Notes: generated from the sequence alone by a model not told the origin. A DNA stretch of 64,000 nucleotides from Octopus vulgaris (GCA_951406725.2 OX597827.1:66340001-66404000), one strand, 5' to 3'; positions 39,336 through 53,845 are shown, counted from the first letter of the stretch. Translations and numbers: made by a program.

Positions 39336-40335
39336 TATCTAGCAGTTCCTACATCAACAGCAGTGGGCATTGCGTTCTTTGCGATATGTAAAGATAGCAC
39401 ATCTGCAAAAGCAGCCACATGTCTAAATTCAAGAACTGAACTTTTCGGTTCATGTCCATACGTGGCTAAATATTTGTTACGTTTTTGGTCCCCCTCCCCG
39501 ACATTACAGATAGGAGATGCTTCCAATATTGTGTCCACGTACATGCTTTTTATCTCTATATTTTTCCTTATGTTTCTTATATATTTTGTACTTATATTTT
39601 TTATATATTTTTAGATAATTATAGAGATATTGTTTCATGGTTTTATTGCACATATATTTTTAGACATGATTTTTCTGTATTCTCTCTTCCACCTTGCATT
39701 TTTCCTGTGCTTATATAGACGTTTATATGAAATTTTTGTGCGCGTGTGTGGATGTGTGCGTGTGCGCGGGTATGTGCGTATATAAGTGTGTGTGTGTGCG
39801 TGTATGCAAGTATGTGCATATATAGACTTGCTTTACTCAAATTCCTATATTTTTACACTTTTTTACACATTTTTCTGTATTTTGACTTTAGTCCGGTTTT
39901 TTGTTGTGCATGTGCGTATATAGACGTGTGTATGAACCGTTGTGTGTGTGTATGTGTGTGCGCGTGCGTGTATGCGTGTATGCATATATATATATATATT
40001 GGCGAATGTGTGGTTGAGCATGTGCGTGTTTTAATTGTGGGTGTGTGAGTATATACATATAGGCGCATGTAAGTGGGTGTGCGGTCGCTTACACGATTAC
40101 TATGAACATTTTTACTCCCTTATCTTTACTCTTACCCCTTACTTAGCGGTCATTTTCACAGTATTTTTTCGATGGCCCGATAACTGAAGAGATGCCGTCG
40201 TGCGTTTGCGCTCCGACATCCGAATCTCGGAGTTTTTTCATGGCTACCGAATAATTGCCACATATTATATTTACAGATAAATTCCTCTATTTACATAATA
40301 TTGAGGTCACTTTCATTCTTTTGTTGTATCATATT
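39336..40335 (+). mobile_element. PLE ORF C-terminus, 3' region and hammerhead-bearing pseudo-LTR
   Basis: YINSSGHCVLC...CLNSRTELFGSCPYVAKYLL resembles the Neptune C.LC..EK...LN.R.EL...C.H..K.LL end; 40168-40325 is homologous to 25095-25712. Confidence 0.75.
40179..40240 (+). ncRNA. Hammerhead ribozyme motif (GAAA mutated to GAAT)
   Basis: GATAA-CTGAAGA(40184-90)-GATG...CATC-c-GAATC-tcgga-GTT-ttttc. Confidence 0.6.
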
Positions 40336-40399
40336 ATCTAACACATACACACGCACATACACACACACACACACTCACACACACACACACACACATATA

Positions 40400-40800
40400 T
40401 TCTTTCTTTTATTCTTATACTAGTTTCAGTCATCTGATTGCAGCCATGCTGGAGTACCACCTTTTGGTCGAAGAAATCGACATTGAACTTTTTCTTTGTA
40501 AGCCTGTTGCTTATTCTATCGGTCTCTTTTTGCCGGACTGCTAGGTTACTGGGAATTGAATACACCAACATCGGTTGCCAAGCCATGGTGGGGGTGGGGT
40601 GAAAACACACACACAAGCACACACATAAAACTATAAATATATACGACAGTCTTCTTTCAGTTTCCATCAACTTAATCCACTTAGAAGGCTTTGGTTGTCT
40701 CGAGGCTATAATAGAAAACATTTGCCCAAGGTGCCAAGCAGCAGAACTGAAACAGGACCCATGTGGTTGGGAAGCAAACTTCTTACCACACAGCCTCGCC
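40400..40800 (-). mobile_element. SINE family A
   Basis: Full set of family A motifs in reverse. Confidence 0.88.
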
Positions 40801-40847
40801 ACATATATACATTCATATATACATACATATACATAAATATAAATAAA

Positions 40848-41105
40848 CGGTAGACGGAAACTGAAAGAAGCCCGTCGTATATATGTGTGTGTATATGTTT
40901 GTGTGTGTGTGTTTGTCCTCTCAACATCGCTTGACAACCGATGCGGGTGTGTTCACGTCCCCGTAACTTAGCGTTTCGGCAAAAGAGCCGATAGAATAAG
41001 TTCGAGGCTTACAAGGAATAAGTCCTGGGGTTGATTTGCTCGACTAAAGGCGGTGCTGCAGCATGACCGCAATCAAATGACTGAAACAACTAAAAGAATA
41101 AAAGA

Positions 41106-41106
<1 letters not shown>
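40848..41106 (+). mobile_element. SINE family A, 5'-truncated
   Basis: ggtagacggaaactgaaagaagcccgtcg...tgactgaaacaactaaaagaata. Confidence 0.9.
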
Positions 41107-41148
<42 letters not shown>

Positions 41149-41216
41149 TACATACATACATACATACATACATACATACATACATACATACATACATACA
41201 TACATACATACATACA

Positions 41217-41247
<31 letters not shown>

Positions 41248-41278
41248 GTATGCGTATGCATATATATATATATATATA
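41107..41278. repeat. (CA)n(TACA)n(TA)n microsatellite
   Basis: Directly visible. Confidence 0.95.
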
Positions 41279-41508
41279 TTTCTTTACTACCCACGAGGGG
41301 CTAAACACAGAGGGGACAAACAAGGACAGACATAGGTATTAAGTCGATTACATCGACCCCAGTGCGTAACTGGTACTTTAATTTATCGACCCCGAAAGGA
41401 TGAAGGGCAAAGTCGACCTCGGCGGAATTTGAACTCAGAATGTAACGGCAGACGAAATACGGCTACGCATTTCGCCCGGCGCGCTAACGATTCTGCTAGC
41501 TCGCCGCC
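41279..41508 (-). mobile_element. SINE family D (full length)
   Basis: Reverse complement of the 58817-59045 monomer. Confidence 0.9.
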
Positions 41509-42363
41509 TATATATATATATATATATATATATGCGTGGATATATGTATGCCTATATATGTTGGTGGTGGGCGTATGTGTTTATATATTTTCATGCAATT
41601 TTCCTCGATAGCAAGAAACAAAGAGAAATTTCTGGTCTATATTCCTCTTATTTGAAACAATTCTTTTTTTTCCTTGCTTCTTTTAACGCATTCAACGTGA
41701 AGTAAGAATTATAAAACTGAGCTGTCATTTTCCAATAACCTATTAAACTTGTTTACGAAGACACTCCATGTCATCTTTCTTTCTCTTAACGCCAACAGTA
41801 AACGGAGGAACATGTCTTCTTTTCTTTTTTATATTCTGACAACATGAACGCTCCATCGGAAACATATTAAGTGAACTGCCACATGAAATATCATTACGCC
41901 ATATTAATTTCATTGGACAGCTTGCTGATATGTACGAGAGCGTAACAACATTGCTCGGCTCTCACTCTATTTCCGGAAAGTAAGTGAAATTAAAGCCAGC
42001 AATTGTTATACGAGATATACATTGCCAACGAAGCACAATGCGATTCCCTTTCGTTTATTCTGCCGCTCATATTCGTATATAGATACATCGTACACACGAG
42101 CAAACACAGAAGAACATTCAAACATGAACACATACACAGAATCCCTACTACATACATAGATATAAATGTGTGCGTGCATATATATATATATATATATATA
42201 CATATTTATTCAAATACATATATACGTATACATAGATACATGTATACATATACATACATACATATGCACACACACATACGCATATACATGCATATATATA
42301 TATATATACAAGCTGTATGTATGTGAGAATAAGGTGCGTACACACACACACACACATACATAT

Positions 42364-42438
<75 letters not shown>

Positions 42439-42502
42439 TGCCTGTATACTTCCGAAAATTTATGGGTATGGATGTGTGTATATGACATTGATACGCGTCT
42501 TA

Positions 42503-42564
<62 letters not shown>

Positions 42565-42725
42565 CTCTATCTATCTCTCTATCTCTCTCACTATATATAT
42601 ATCTATCTATTTGCCTATCTATCGATCTATCTACTTTATCCAGACAAACTAATCCTTGAGAAATTATGGCAAGATTATCAGACACATTTACTGGCATTTA
42701 ACCACACACACACACTCACACACAG

Positions 42726-42758
<33 letters not shown>

Positions 42759-42975
42759 AGGTGTTGCTGTAATTGTCTAGGCTTTGGACTCTATGTAAAG
42801 AGAGGAGTGGCAGGTAATTATGATTTTATTTAATATACTCCCTTCTCCGTTTTACACGCTTATAGTAACGTTCCTCCAGTTCTTCTATATCCAGTAAAGT
42901 AATCATAAGTTTTGGATTCAACTAGGCATTTCGTGAAATGTTTAAATCAGGAACTTTTCACCCCACCCTCACCTC

Positions 42976-43029
<54 letters not shown>

Positions 43030-43684
43030 GACCTGTTGGACCTCAGGTGTCATATTACTAGGTAGTGTATTAATAAGTATTTGCATGGTGCAAAACCTGC
43101 TGGGTATACTTCCATGAGTATAACAATTATGGATTCAAAATCTGTCCAGGTCAAATTTGCGTTACCAGTATACGAAGACGAATCTTCATTGATGTAATCA
43201 ATAGTAAGATCGACGTAATTAGCGATGACTTATTATATCGCAACATAATTCAATACTGATGACGGAAGCACTGCAAATCATAATATAACAAAATGATGCA
43301 TTCATATAATAAAATTTGATAGTCGTGCATAAAATATTGCAAATGAGATCGTTGGTTAACTGAGAATTTCGGTTTTACGAAGAGGATATTTTAATTGACT
43401 TACAAAGGATACGGTTTCAATTCAATTATTCCAATTAATTGAAAAAGAAAGAAAAAGAAAATTAGGGAATACATAATCAGTCATGCAATATCGCAATTTG
43501 GCGAAAGAATGCGTATATTAGAAAAGTAATCAATCATAGAACGTTCCGGTTAATTCGCTGCACTGATTATATTTTACGAAATATAATATTTCATAAGGCT
43601 TGTACGGTATTTCTTGTACTACTCTGCCATATTATGATTCTATTTCTCTTAAAATAGTAATCTGTGTGTTTTCGAGATGATGCT

Positions 43685-44432
<748 letters not shown>

Positions 44433-44444
44433 ACTTTCAAAGTT

Positions 44445-44638
44445 CATAATTTCGCTGGTGGGGCGCTAAGTTGATTACATCGATCCCAGTTTTCGAATGG
44501 TACTCAATTTATCAACACGGAAATTATGAAATTCAATAGCAACTCCGTTCGGCAGAATTCGTATAAATTCGTGGATACGTACGAAATGCTGTTCAGCATT
44601 TTTCGGCGTTCCAATCATTCTGCCACCCCCACCGCCTT
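44445..44638 (-). mobile_element. Degenerate SINE family D
   Basis: aagttgattacatcgatcccag...tggtact...attctgcca...ccgcctt. Confidence 0.65.
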
Positions 44639-45161
44639 CATAACAACGCCACTAATAACAACGTTAACAATAACAATACCGATAACTGCTTAAAAAAATA
44701 CGACTCTAAGTAACGATAATCGATGATAGTCATTTGAAAAGAAAATGAATCAATTATGTTTTCATTTCCAACTAATTATAATAGCTTCTACACGATAATT
44801 GCATCATATTCTTTCATTTCTGAGTGATTAGATACTTGGTGTTTAGAAGATGTAATTTCTGTAATGATACAGAAGATGTTTTAGGAAATGCAATTTCTCT
44901 AATGGTACCATAATATGCTGCTGTAAATATTCTGGCTCGTGTTAAAATTCTTACAATATTTGTTGTTTATGTCGATTCTGTATAACACGTTTCTGCGACT
45001 AAGATTTACACAATTCTGTTCTGTCTATTGAATTCTTCTGTTTTTGTTGTTATTGCGTAAAATGGGCCCCAAAATAAGTCTAAACATCGAAAATAACTTA
45101 TCCGAAAGACAGTGAAGCTATCATCTTACTATAATGGTCCTTATGTCCGCCTGTCAATTAG

Positions 45162-45462
45162 AAGTGTCTCCTACTATAGCCTCGGGCCGACCAAAGCCTT
45201 CTGAGTGGATTTCTTAGACGGAAACTGAAAAAAGCCCTTCGTATATATGTATATGTGTGTGTTTTTGTGTCTGTGTTTGTCTCCCCCCAACATCATTTGA
45301 CAACCAATGCGGGTGTGTTTACGTGCCCGTAACTTAGCAGTTCGGCGAAAGAGACCGATAGAATAAATACTAGGCTTACAGAGAATAAGTCCTGGTGTCA
45401 ATTTCCTCGACTAAAATGTGCTGCCCCAGCATGGTCGCTGTCAAACGACTGAAACAAGTAAT
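45162..45462 (+). mobile_element. SINE family A, 5'-truncated
   Basis: aagtgtct..tactatagcctcgggccgaccaaagcc...gactgaaacaagtaa. Confidence 0.88.
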
Positions 45463-46594
45463 ATTTATATAAAATGTAAAATGGATATGTGTGTGTGTGT
45501 GTGTTTTAACTTTTCATGCAAAAACGGCTTCACCAATTGCTTCCATACTCGTGATGCATGAATAATTTAACCCTGGACAAACTATAGCCTCTTCATTTGA
45601 ATTTTTTATGTTAAAAATAAGTAATATTGCTTTATATATATGATTGACTTATTTAAAATGATTTCTGAGTGTCAACTTCCGGTATTGACGTTGCAAAGGC
45701 AAAATTTTCTGTTTTCATATGCAATATCTCTTTCTCTCTTTTGATGTTTTAATTTCAAGTTTTAATTCACTATTTTCAAACAACTACGATAAATTACTGA
45801 AATAAATATTTACTAAGTTCACAAATTTAAACGTTCGCTGCAAGAACTTATGTTTATACGACTTTTTTCGTTTCATGTTTATTTCATCTATTTGTTCGTG
45901 ATGTTCTCTTTCTCTCTCACTCACACAAAAGTCAGTCACATACGCACACGTGTGTTTTTGTAAGTACGTTTGTATACATTCATGTATGTATATGTGTTCG
46001 TAAGAGAGAGAGATAGAGAGAGAGAGAGAGATAGAGAGTGAGTCAAGGGGCATATTCTCATGTATTCGTACATACATAAGCAAATATACATACATCCTTT
46101 TTATATGTATGTGTACATGTATGTGTTTGTGAGAGAGACACAGAAAGAGACAGAGGGAGTAATGTCTAAGTTGCATTCACTCTCTCTCTTTCCGTCTCTC
46201 TCACACACACACACGCACACATACACACAAAAAAGATGTATGCATATTTATTTATGTACGTATACATGACAACACGCCCATTCTCTCTCTCTCTCTCTCT
46301 CTCTCTCGCACATACACACGTCCTTTTCCTCAGATGTTTGATTCTCTATTTGTGTGTGTGTATGTGTGTGCGTGTTCGTTCATGCACGCGCGCATGGTGT
46401 GTCGCGCAACCGCCATTAATTTCAATTACTCTTGTGGAGATATTCACGTCACTCCTTTTTTTTCATTTAATCCCAATTTTAATTTTTGAAACTGTTTTCG
46501 AAAACAATGTTTTCACAACCTACAAGACGAATTGCTGTAGATGTATTACTGTAGATAAGTATTGAACAGTCAATCAAAGATGAGGACAGGTATA

Positions 46595-47960
46595 CAAAGT
46601 CAATGTTGAAATTCTCCTACTCTTTTACATCTGTCAACTATGTTTACTAATATATAAACAACAGTTTAGATGCTGCAACATACACTCGTATGCAGAATGG
46701 CAGTCAGGAGATAAATATAAATGACGAAGATGCACTATATGATAGAGGAAGATACATGAATACCGATGCGGCTTATTGGGGCGTATTCAATTTTCCCATT
46801 CATAAGAGGTACCCAGCCATCATTCATCTGTGTGTCCATATATAGAATGGCCACAGGGTTCTCTTTACAAAACAAACAGATTTGCAACAAGCACCTTCTC
46901 AAAAAGAAACTACTCTTACTGCCTTTTTAAAGTTACGTGAAGTAGATGAAGAGGCAAGAAAACTCCTTTATCCACAACTAGCAGTATGGCCCGCTGATGC
47001 TCGGGTTTGTAAGGGAAATAACTATATAAGCATTTTTAGAGAGTTATAGCCAAAAAATAGCAAAAAAATGCATTAAAAATGGAAAAAAAATGATGATAAT
47101 TTTTTTTTAATCGTTGACTCATCGTAGACATTTTTAGACAGTTACTTCCCTTAGTTAATAGCGAAAAAATGCATTAAAATGGAAGAAAATGATGGTAAAT
47201 ATTTTAAATCGTAGACTCATCGTAGACGCGCGCTAATACCCAGAAGGCTCGATATGAATCACGACTATATGATACCCGGTTTTGGTTAAACTGCACCGCA
47301 AAATGTGGGAGTAGTTAGGAATCTAAATCGTAGGAGACAGACACACAACCTTACTTTTATATATAAAGATTACCCAAGTATTACACATGGAGTAACAATA
47401 CATGGCACAAGAGGGAATGTGGGGCCGATGCTCTTGCAAGAGTTTACAGGGTCTCTCCAAGCCAAGTAGAACACTACTACTTACGCCTACTTTTGCATGA
47501 AGTACGTTGTCCCAAATCATTCCAAGATTCGAGGAGGGAGGGTGGTCATGTGTGTGAAACGTATGGGGAAATTTGCTATCAACAATGCTCATTTTTAGAA
47601 TATGAAGAGCATTGGAACCTTGCATTAACTGAAACATTAATATCACATTCTCCAAGGAAACTTCGTAACATTTTATACTGAACATGTGTCAACTTGACAG
47701 TCTCCTATAGCTTTCGATGGAGCATCGTGAAGACATGGCTGAGATATTAAAGTATGCAGTTCAATAGGCAAACCTAGATATAAAATTTCAGTTTTCTGAA
47801 AGAATTGTAAACCAAGCACTGATTGAAATTGGGGATCGAATTTTGGCCATGTGAGGCAAATATTTGCAAGAGTCTGGCTTTGGACTGCCAAATACGAACT
47901 GTCAACTTACTGATTTAGCATCAAGTAACATAACAACAAAGACAAATTACGACGTCATAG
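46595..47960 (+). pseudogene. Decayed Helitron Rep/helicase coding fragment
   Basis: NVEI..SVNYVY*YINNSLD...RGRYMNTDAAYWGVFNFPIHKRYPAIIHLCVHI*NGHRVLF...TTLTAFLKL...ARKLLYPQ|LPKYYTW...ARVYRVSP...YYLRLLLHEVRCPKSF...EEHW: Rep motif 3 and downstream Helitron blocks. Confidence 0.92.
46978..47369 (-). mobile_element. Non-autonomous Helitron nested in RepHel
   Basis: Minus A|TC at 47369, CTAG|T at 46978, hairpin CCCG-ctgatgct-CGGG (46990-47005), internal ~100-bp duplication. Confidence 0.9.
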
Positions 47961-48124
47961 ACTGGGCTGCATTTTGGAATGGACATGAACCTAAACTTCT
48001 TCGAGATATCGCTGTGCATCTGATAATAAATGTTTTCCTTTATTGTTATTATTATTTTGTATCTTTTTGGTTTGGTATTATACATTCAGAATTGATTTCC
48101 CAACTGAAGAATACCAAATTTCTA

Positions 48125-48570
48125 TACTCTCTTACTCTCTTACTTGTTTCAGTCATTTGACTGCGGCCATGCTGGAGCACCGCCTTTAATCGAGCAACTC
48201 GACCCCGAGACTTATTCTTTGTAAGCCCAGTACTTATTCTATCGGTCTCTTTTTGCCGAACCGCTAAGTTACGGGGACGTAAACACACCAGCATCGGTTG
48301 TCAAGCGATGTTGGTGGGGACAAACACAGGCACACACACACACACACACATACATACATATATATACATATATACGACAGGCTTCTTTCAGTTTCCATCT
48401 ACCACATCCACTCACAAGGCAGTGGTCGGCCCGGGGCTATAGCAGAAGACACTTGCCCAAGATGCCGCGCAGTGGGACTGAACCCGGAACCATGTGGTTG
48501 GTTTGCAAGCTACTTACCAACTTAGCAAGCCACTCCTGCGCCTATCCACACAGCCACTCCTGCGCCTATA
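48125..48570 (-). mobile_element. SINE family A, well preserved, with duplicated 5' end
   Basis: All family motifs; AGCCACTCCTGCGCCTAT twice (~48528 and ~48552). Confidence 0.92.
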
Positions 48571-49685
48571 GATACAACATATTTTGATTTTTCTTCCAAC
48601 ATATAAGTAAGAATTTCATTCCCGGTCAATATATATCGTGCGAAACACCGAGTAAATGTTTTCCTTGATTTACGGACACTTACTCCTGATTCACGAATAC
48701 GTGTTGTACGAATGTTACTCTCATCTCGCATCAGCTGAAATATCTTGATCGGATCACGATTGACGCACAATTTTCATTTTTATAGACCCAAATGAGAAAA
48801 AATTGATACGTATGTGAAAAATAGCAAAAAAATTAGAAGATTACTAAGTCAGGACGACTAGGTTATTACACGCAACTTTATACATTCCCAGCATACATAG
48901 CGAGCAACCGGAATGGTGTGCTGCCAACATGCTGATGTTTTGTAGATGTATTCGAGAGTGGCAAAACACTTGCAAAACATTTGTAACTATCCTCCGGAAG
49001 TTCGAATCGTTGATAAAATAGCGACGGTTTCTTCTTCCTCGTGTGTAAACGTGAAGTTAGACACCGAGCATATTATTCAACCAGTCTGTGTTTACATAGC
49101 ATAATGTTGAGATAAGGAATAAACACAGCTTTAGGCTGACGTTAATATAGGCTTATTTACTAAAAGATAATGACAATTTTAATTTAATTTGAAAACCTAG
49201 ACAGGTTGCATAAACAAGAGCCATAAGCATGAAGCGAAACATTTTTATCAGCCTTTAACAGACAATATTAATCTCATGTTGTTTGTATGCAGCTGTGGGA
49301 GGTATTAAAAGCAGCATATTTCCAAATACTATGCGGGTAGTGGTGGAGTAGAAATGTTTATATTCGCTATCGAGACGGTTTACCATCTCAGTACAAATGC
49401 TCTTCAACAGTCTGTTTCGGACTTATCGGGGTTAAAGTTAGACGATGCATTCCTTGTTCATATGCATTTGGCATTTTGCTTCACGTGGCCAAACAATTCA
49501 AATGAATTAGATAAATATTCTGAGTTTTACTGCATGCGTGATGGTTCTTGTAATTGCTCCTTCAGCTGTTTTATTTTTCTTGTGCATTGAGATACCTACC
49601 GATGCTGATGTTGTTGTGATTGAAGGTTTCTACATGTATCCTATTTTTGCAGGGTTAGCGTGATTTGAAGACTATACTGAACAAT

Positions 49686-49707
49686 TCTTTTTCTTCTTCT
49701 GCTTCTT

Positions 49708-49738
<31 letters not shown>

Positions 49739-50370
49739 TTATTATTATTATCATTATTATCATCATCATCATTATTATTTTCCCTTTGGCACACGTTTTG
49801 TTGGAGCTCTTGTTGTCTTTCATGCGTAGCGGGCTTACTACCTGCAGCTTACGTTATCAAGTTATTCGCTTTTTTCAACTAACACTTCCTAATTATCCTG
49901 GCCGTGCCAAGGAGGGAAAACTTTTTTTACGGTTCTACTGGGTGCTCTATTCCAAATTCGTTTATGTTCTTCTTAATGCCTTCTGGTACATTCCCCAAGG
50001 ACCCAACAATTATTGGCTGTATATACACCTCCTTCAGTTTCAAAAGCCGGGCTATTTTGTACTTAAGAGGGCTTTTCACCTTCCTTCTTGACTATTCGTC
50101 CAAGGGCTACGCAACATCAACTATATAGATCATGCGAATAATATAATTCAACCACTAAGTCCGGTCTTTTATTCTCTAATACTTGATCTGGATGGGTTGG
50201 GAAATGACAGGAGGTTTTGCAAGTGTCAGTGGTTCTTGCTTGCGCTACATCTTGCCTTTCTCTATCACCCACTTTTTGGGCAGTTTCTAATGTTGCTCTT
50301 TCGCTACCTCATCGTGTCACAAGGTGTATTGGTTTGGAGCAAATGTAGGGTATTCATTTGAGACAAAGGC
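49686..50370 (-). mobile_element. Decayed R4/Dong-type LINE 3' part with (AAT/GAT/AAG)n tail
   Basis: Minus: YPTFAPNQYTL*HDEVAK...DQVLENKRPDLVV...IQPIIVGSLGNVP...LLGTARIIRK; tail 49686-49778. Confidence 0.8.
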
Positions 50371-50416
50371 AATGGTTTGGTCCACTCAAATTAAAATTGC
50401 GCTATAACGGAGACAC

Positions 50417-50483
<67 letters not shown>

Positions 50484-50486
<3 letters not shown>

Positions 50487-52220
50487 TAGTTTTATTTTTA
50501 TAGCGTGCTTTCACTTCACTACCGAGCGCAGCTCTGTGTGCCTTGAGTATGTGCTGTGATTTGTTGTGATGCTCTGATGGTTATTGTATGGAAAGTGTTC
50601 TGCGTAGGATGTGTGCAGTGCCTAGTAGTGCAATTTTCTGTATGTTATATGTGTTTGTAAGTCCTGGTGTTTTTGTTATGTATTTGTCTGAATATTTTTT
50701 TATCATGCCTAATGCACCTACTATGATAGGAATTGTTTCTGTTTTCAGATTCCACATTCTAGTTACCTCTATTTCCAGGTCTTTGTATTTTGAGAGTTTC
50801 TTCATTTCTGTTAGAGACACGTTGTCATCAGCCGGTATTGATACATCAATTAGAAAGCATTTTTTTCTTCATGGTCTCTGACAACTATATCTGGTCTGTT
50901 GGCCTTAATTTCTCTATCTGTGTGTATCGGCATATCCCAGAGTATGGTTGCTTTCTCGTTTTCTGTGACCTTTTCTGGTGTGTGCCTATACCATCTTTTT
51001 TCTGTTGTTATTCCATAATGTTGGCATAGCTTCCAATGTATGTAGGTTCCAACTCTGTCATGTCTGTGAATATATTCCTTCTTAGCCAGGACTGGGTAGC
51101 TAGAGATAATATGATTTATTGTTTCTTGTCCATCTCCACATATTCTGCAGTTACTTGTAATATTTCTTTTCATTACATGTTTTTGGTAATTTCTGGTGGG
51201 GAGGCTTTGGTCTTGTGCTGCAATTAAAAATCCCTCTGTTTCTGCTTTGAGTCCTGAGCTTCTCAACCATTGCTGGGATTTTTCTTTGTCTATTTCTTTT
51301 GCGTTTAGTTTAGTCCAGTATTTACCATGAGCGGGCTTTTCTTGCCATCGTTTATCATGGTTCGTTGCTGTTCTATTTTCAGTTTGGATTTCATTTGTTT
51401 TATAGCTTTTGTTGTTTCTTCATCTTCTTCTTCTTCTTCATGTTTATTAGGTGGTATGATTTCTTGTTTGTATTTGTCAGCTTCCTTAAATACTGAGAAC
51501 AGTTTTTTGTTTTGCTCGTGTTTTGCCGCTATCTGGATCAGTTTTCCTTCCTTCTTGCAGTCCTATGGTGGTTATTTTATAGTTGTTTTCCAGCTGTATA
51601 AGGCCTCTACCACCTCCTATACGTTGTATATATAGTCTTTCTATGTCAGATTTTGGGTGATGCATCCTAGATCCTGTCATTATTTTTCTTCTTTTCCTAT
51701 CTATTTTGGTCAGTTCATTTCGTGTTTAGTTAAGGATATTGTAGCTGTAACTTATAACTGGGACAGCTAAAGTGTTGATACCTATTATCTTGTTTTTAGC
51801 ATTGAGCTCTGTTTTTAGTATTGATCTAACTCGTCTATAATATTCTTTTTTTATTTTCTCTTTCATTTGTGTGTGTTGTGTCTTATCTAGTTCATGGATT
51901 CCTAAGTATTTGTAAGTTTGGCTTTGGTCTAATTCTTTTATTTTATTGGTTTTATCTAGTGTGATGTTGTTACTCTTAACTAGTTTTCCTCTTTTCATGG
52001 TTACTTTGGCGCATTTTTCTAATCCAAATTTCATATCTATTTCTTTGGTAAATCCATGAACTGTCTTTAATAGTGTTTCCAGCTGTTTGTCATTTGCAGC
52101 GTATAGTTTTAGGTCATCCATATATAAAAGGTGGCTGATTGTTTTGCCGTAACATTTATATCCGCATCCAGTTCTATTTAGCATATCAGATAGAGTTGAC
52201 AGTGCCAAGCAGAAAAGGTT
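50484..52220 (-). mobile_element. 5'-truncated R4/Dong-clade LINE (RT, CCHC finger, RLE) inserted in (TAA)n
   Basis: ORF pieces: ISHLLYMDDLKLYA, YKYLG, RLYIQR..GGRGL, AAQDQ, CRIC...ETINHII, RHD, ANRPDIVV, KYKDL, QKIALLGTAHILR; few frameshifts; (TAT)n on both sides. Confidence 0.95.
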
Positions 52221-52228
52221 TATTATTA

Positions 52229-52293
<65 letters not shown>

Positions 52294-52329
52294 ATTATTA
52301 TTACTATCATTATCATTATCATTAGTATT

Positions 52330-52882
52330 GAGTCAGAGAACAGTGCATGCCATCAAAGTGACACTGTGGTAAAATATACGAAGCCCAGTATACCGATCTT
52401 GACTACCCATCTGATAAGTGTACACCAGGCACATGCATCACAACCATATATGTGCGACATGGTGATATCATATTAAGATAAACAGCACATGAACTTGCAG
52501 ATGGAGCCCAGTTAGAATTTTCTTCTGGTCGAGTAACCCATCCCGCTGCGAAGGTCCCTGAATAAGGGTTGTTTAAAAATGTTGAACGAAACACCCATGT
52601 TTCCAAGGGTGAATTATCCAAACCTTTAAGAATTCTTTTCAACACACGGTTATGACGCTTCCCTACTACTTCTTCTCATGATCACAGATGTACATAACGT
52701 CAATCACTAAGGGACATGCTCAACTGGTTAAGGTCAAGCAACTGACAAGTAAATCTGTGGTACTGAGCAGAATATTTGTTGTAGCTCATCTTTTATACCA
52801 AGACAAGCAATGTGCATGATAACACTTCCAATCAGTTAAGATCAGAAGCCATGAGAGCCACTGCATGGTACTGCATCAGGGC

Positions 52883-52886
<4 letters not shown>
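52330..52886 (-). mobile_element. Element X, second full-length copy
   Basis: Colinear with 28658-29208; (TAT)n on both flanks; extra remnant at 52962-52980. Confidence 0.88.
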
Positions 52887-52964
<78 letters not shown>

Positions 52965-53447
52965 TGGGAGAGCAATGCATCTTGTCGTGTTGATTGTTGC
53001 GGCAGTGTCGATTGTAGCTATAGTTATTAAGGAGAAACTAAAAAGTATATATATCATATATCATATTATATAACCCAAAAAAAACTATCAACGATGCGTG
53101 TAATAAAAATTATTACATTGCTCCAAATTAATTTACGATTGTACGAATCGTGCATTGGCATGGCAGAGTGTGTTTTGTGGAATGATTACTCTGCAGTTGA
53201 AATTATATGCTGCATAAAAATTATATGGGAGACACTGGTGGGAATTTAAAGTATTTGGTTACAAGCCAGCGTAAATGTGATTCGATTTTACAGTGATATG
53301 ATGGAAAAGTTAGCAATCATGTGTTGGATTTCGTTATATTAATCATACTGTATAAACTTTTCTCGAGAGTAGTTTATTTTCTGTATAAAAAAATTTTATG
53401 TAGCAGTATATACATCAAAATTTCTAAAAACATAACATGGCTGTCTG

Positions 53448-53481
<34 letters not shown>

Positions 53482-53522
53482 GATCTATCTATCTATCGAT
53501 CTATATATACTATATATGTATG

Positions 53523-53590
<68 letters not shown>

Positions 53591-53643
53591 GTTTATATAT
53601 ATATGTACATATATACATATATAGAAATATATATATATATACA

Positions 53644-53790
53644 TTTCGTTTTCGGATTTGATTTGCAAGATTCTTTATATGAGTTTCTTTATATGAGTTT
53701 CTTTATATGAGTTCTGTTGAGTCTGGGGAGAGTCATTTTTGTGCCTTATAATTTAACACACTCACCGGTAAAAATTCCACTTATTTCCTC
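53644..53790 (+). mobile_element. Dispersed repeat (homologue of 26300-26510) with a 14-bp triplication
   Basis: TTCTTTATATGAGT x3; tgtgcctt.taatttaacacactcaccggtaaaatt. Confidence 0.8.
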
Positions 53791-53845
53791 AAAAAATAGT
53801 CTTGACTCTCTATATATACCTATATATATGTACATATATAGATGC

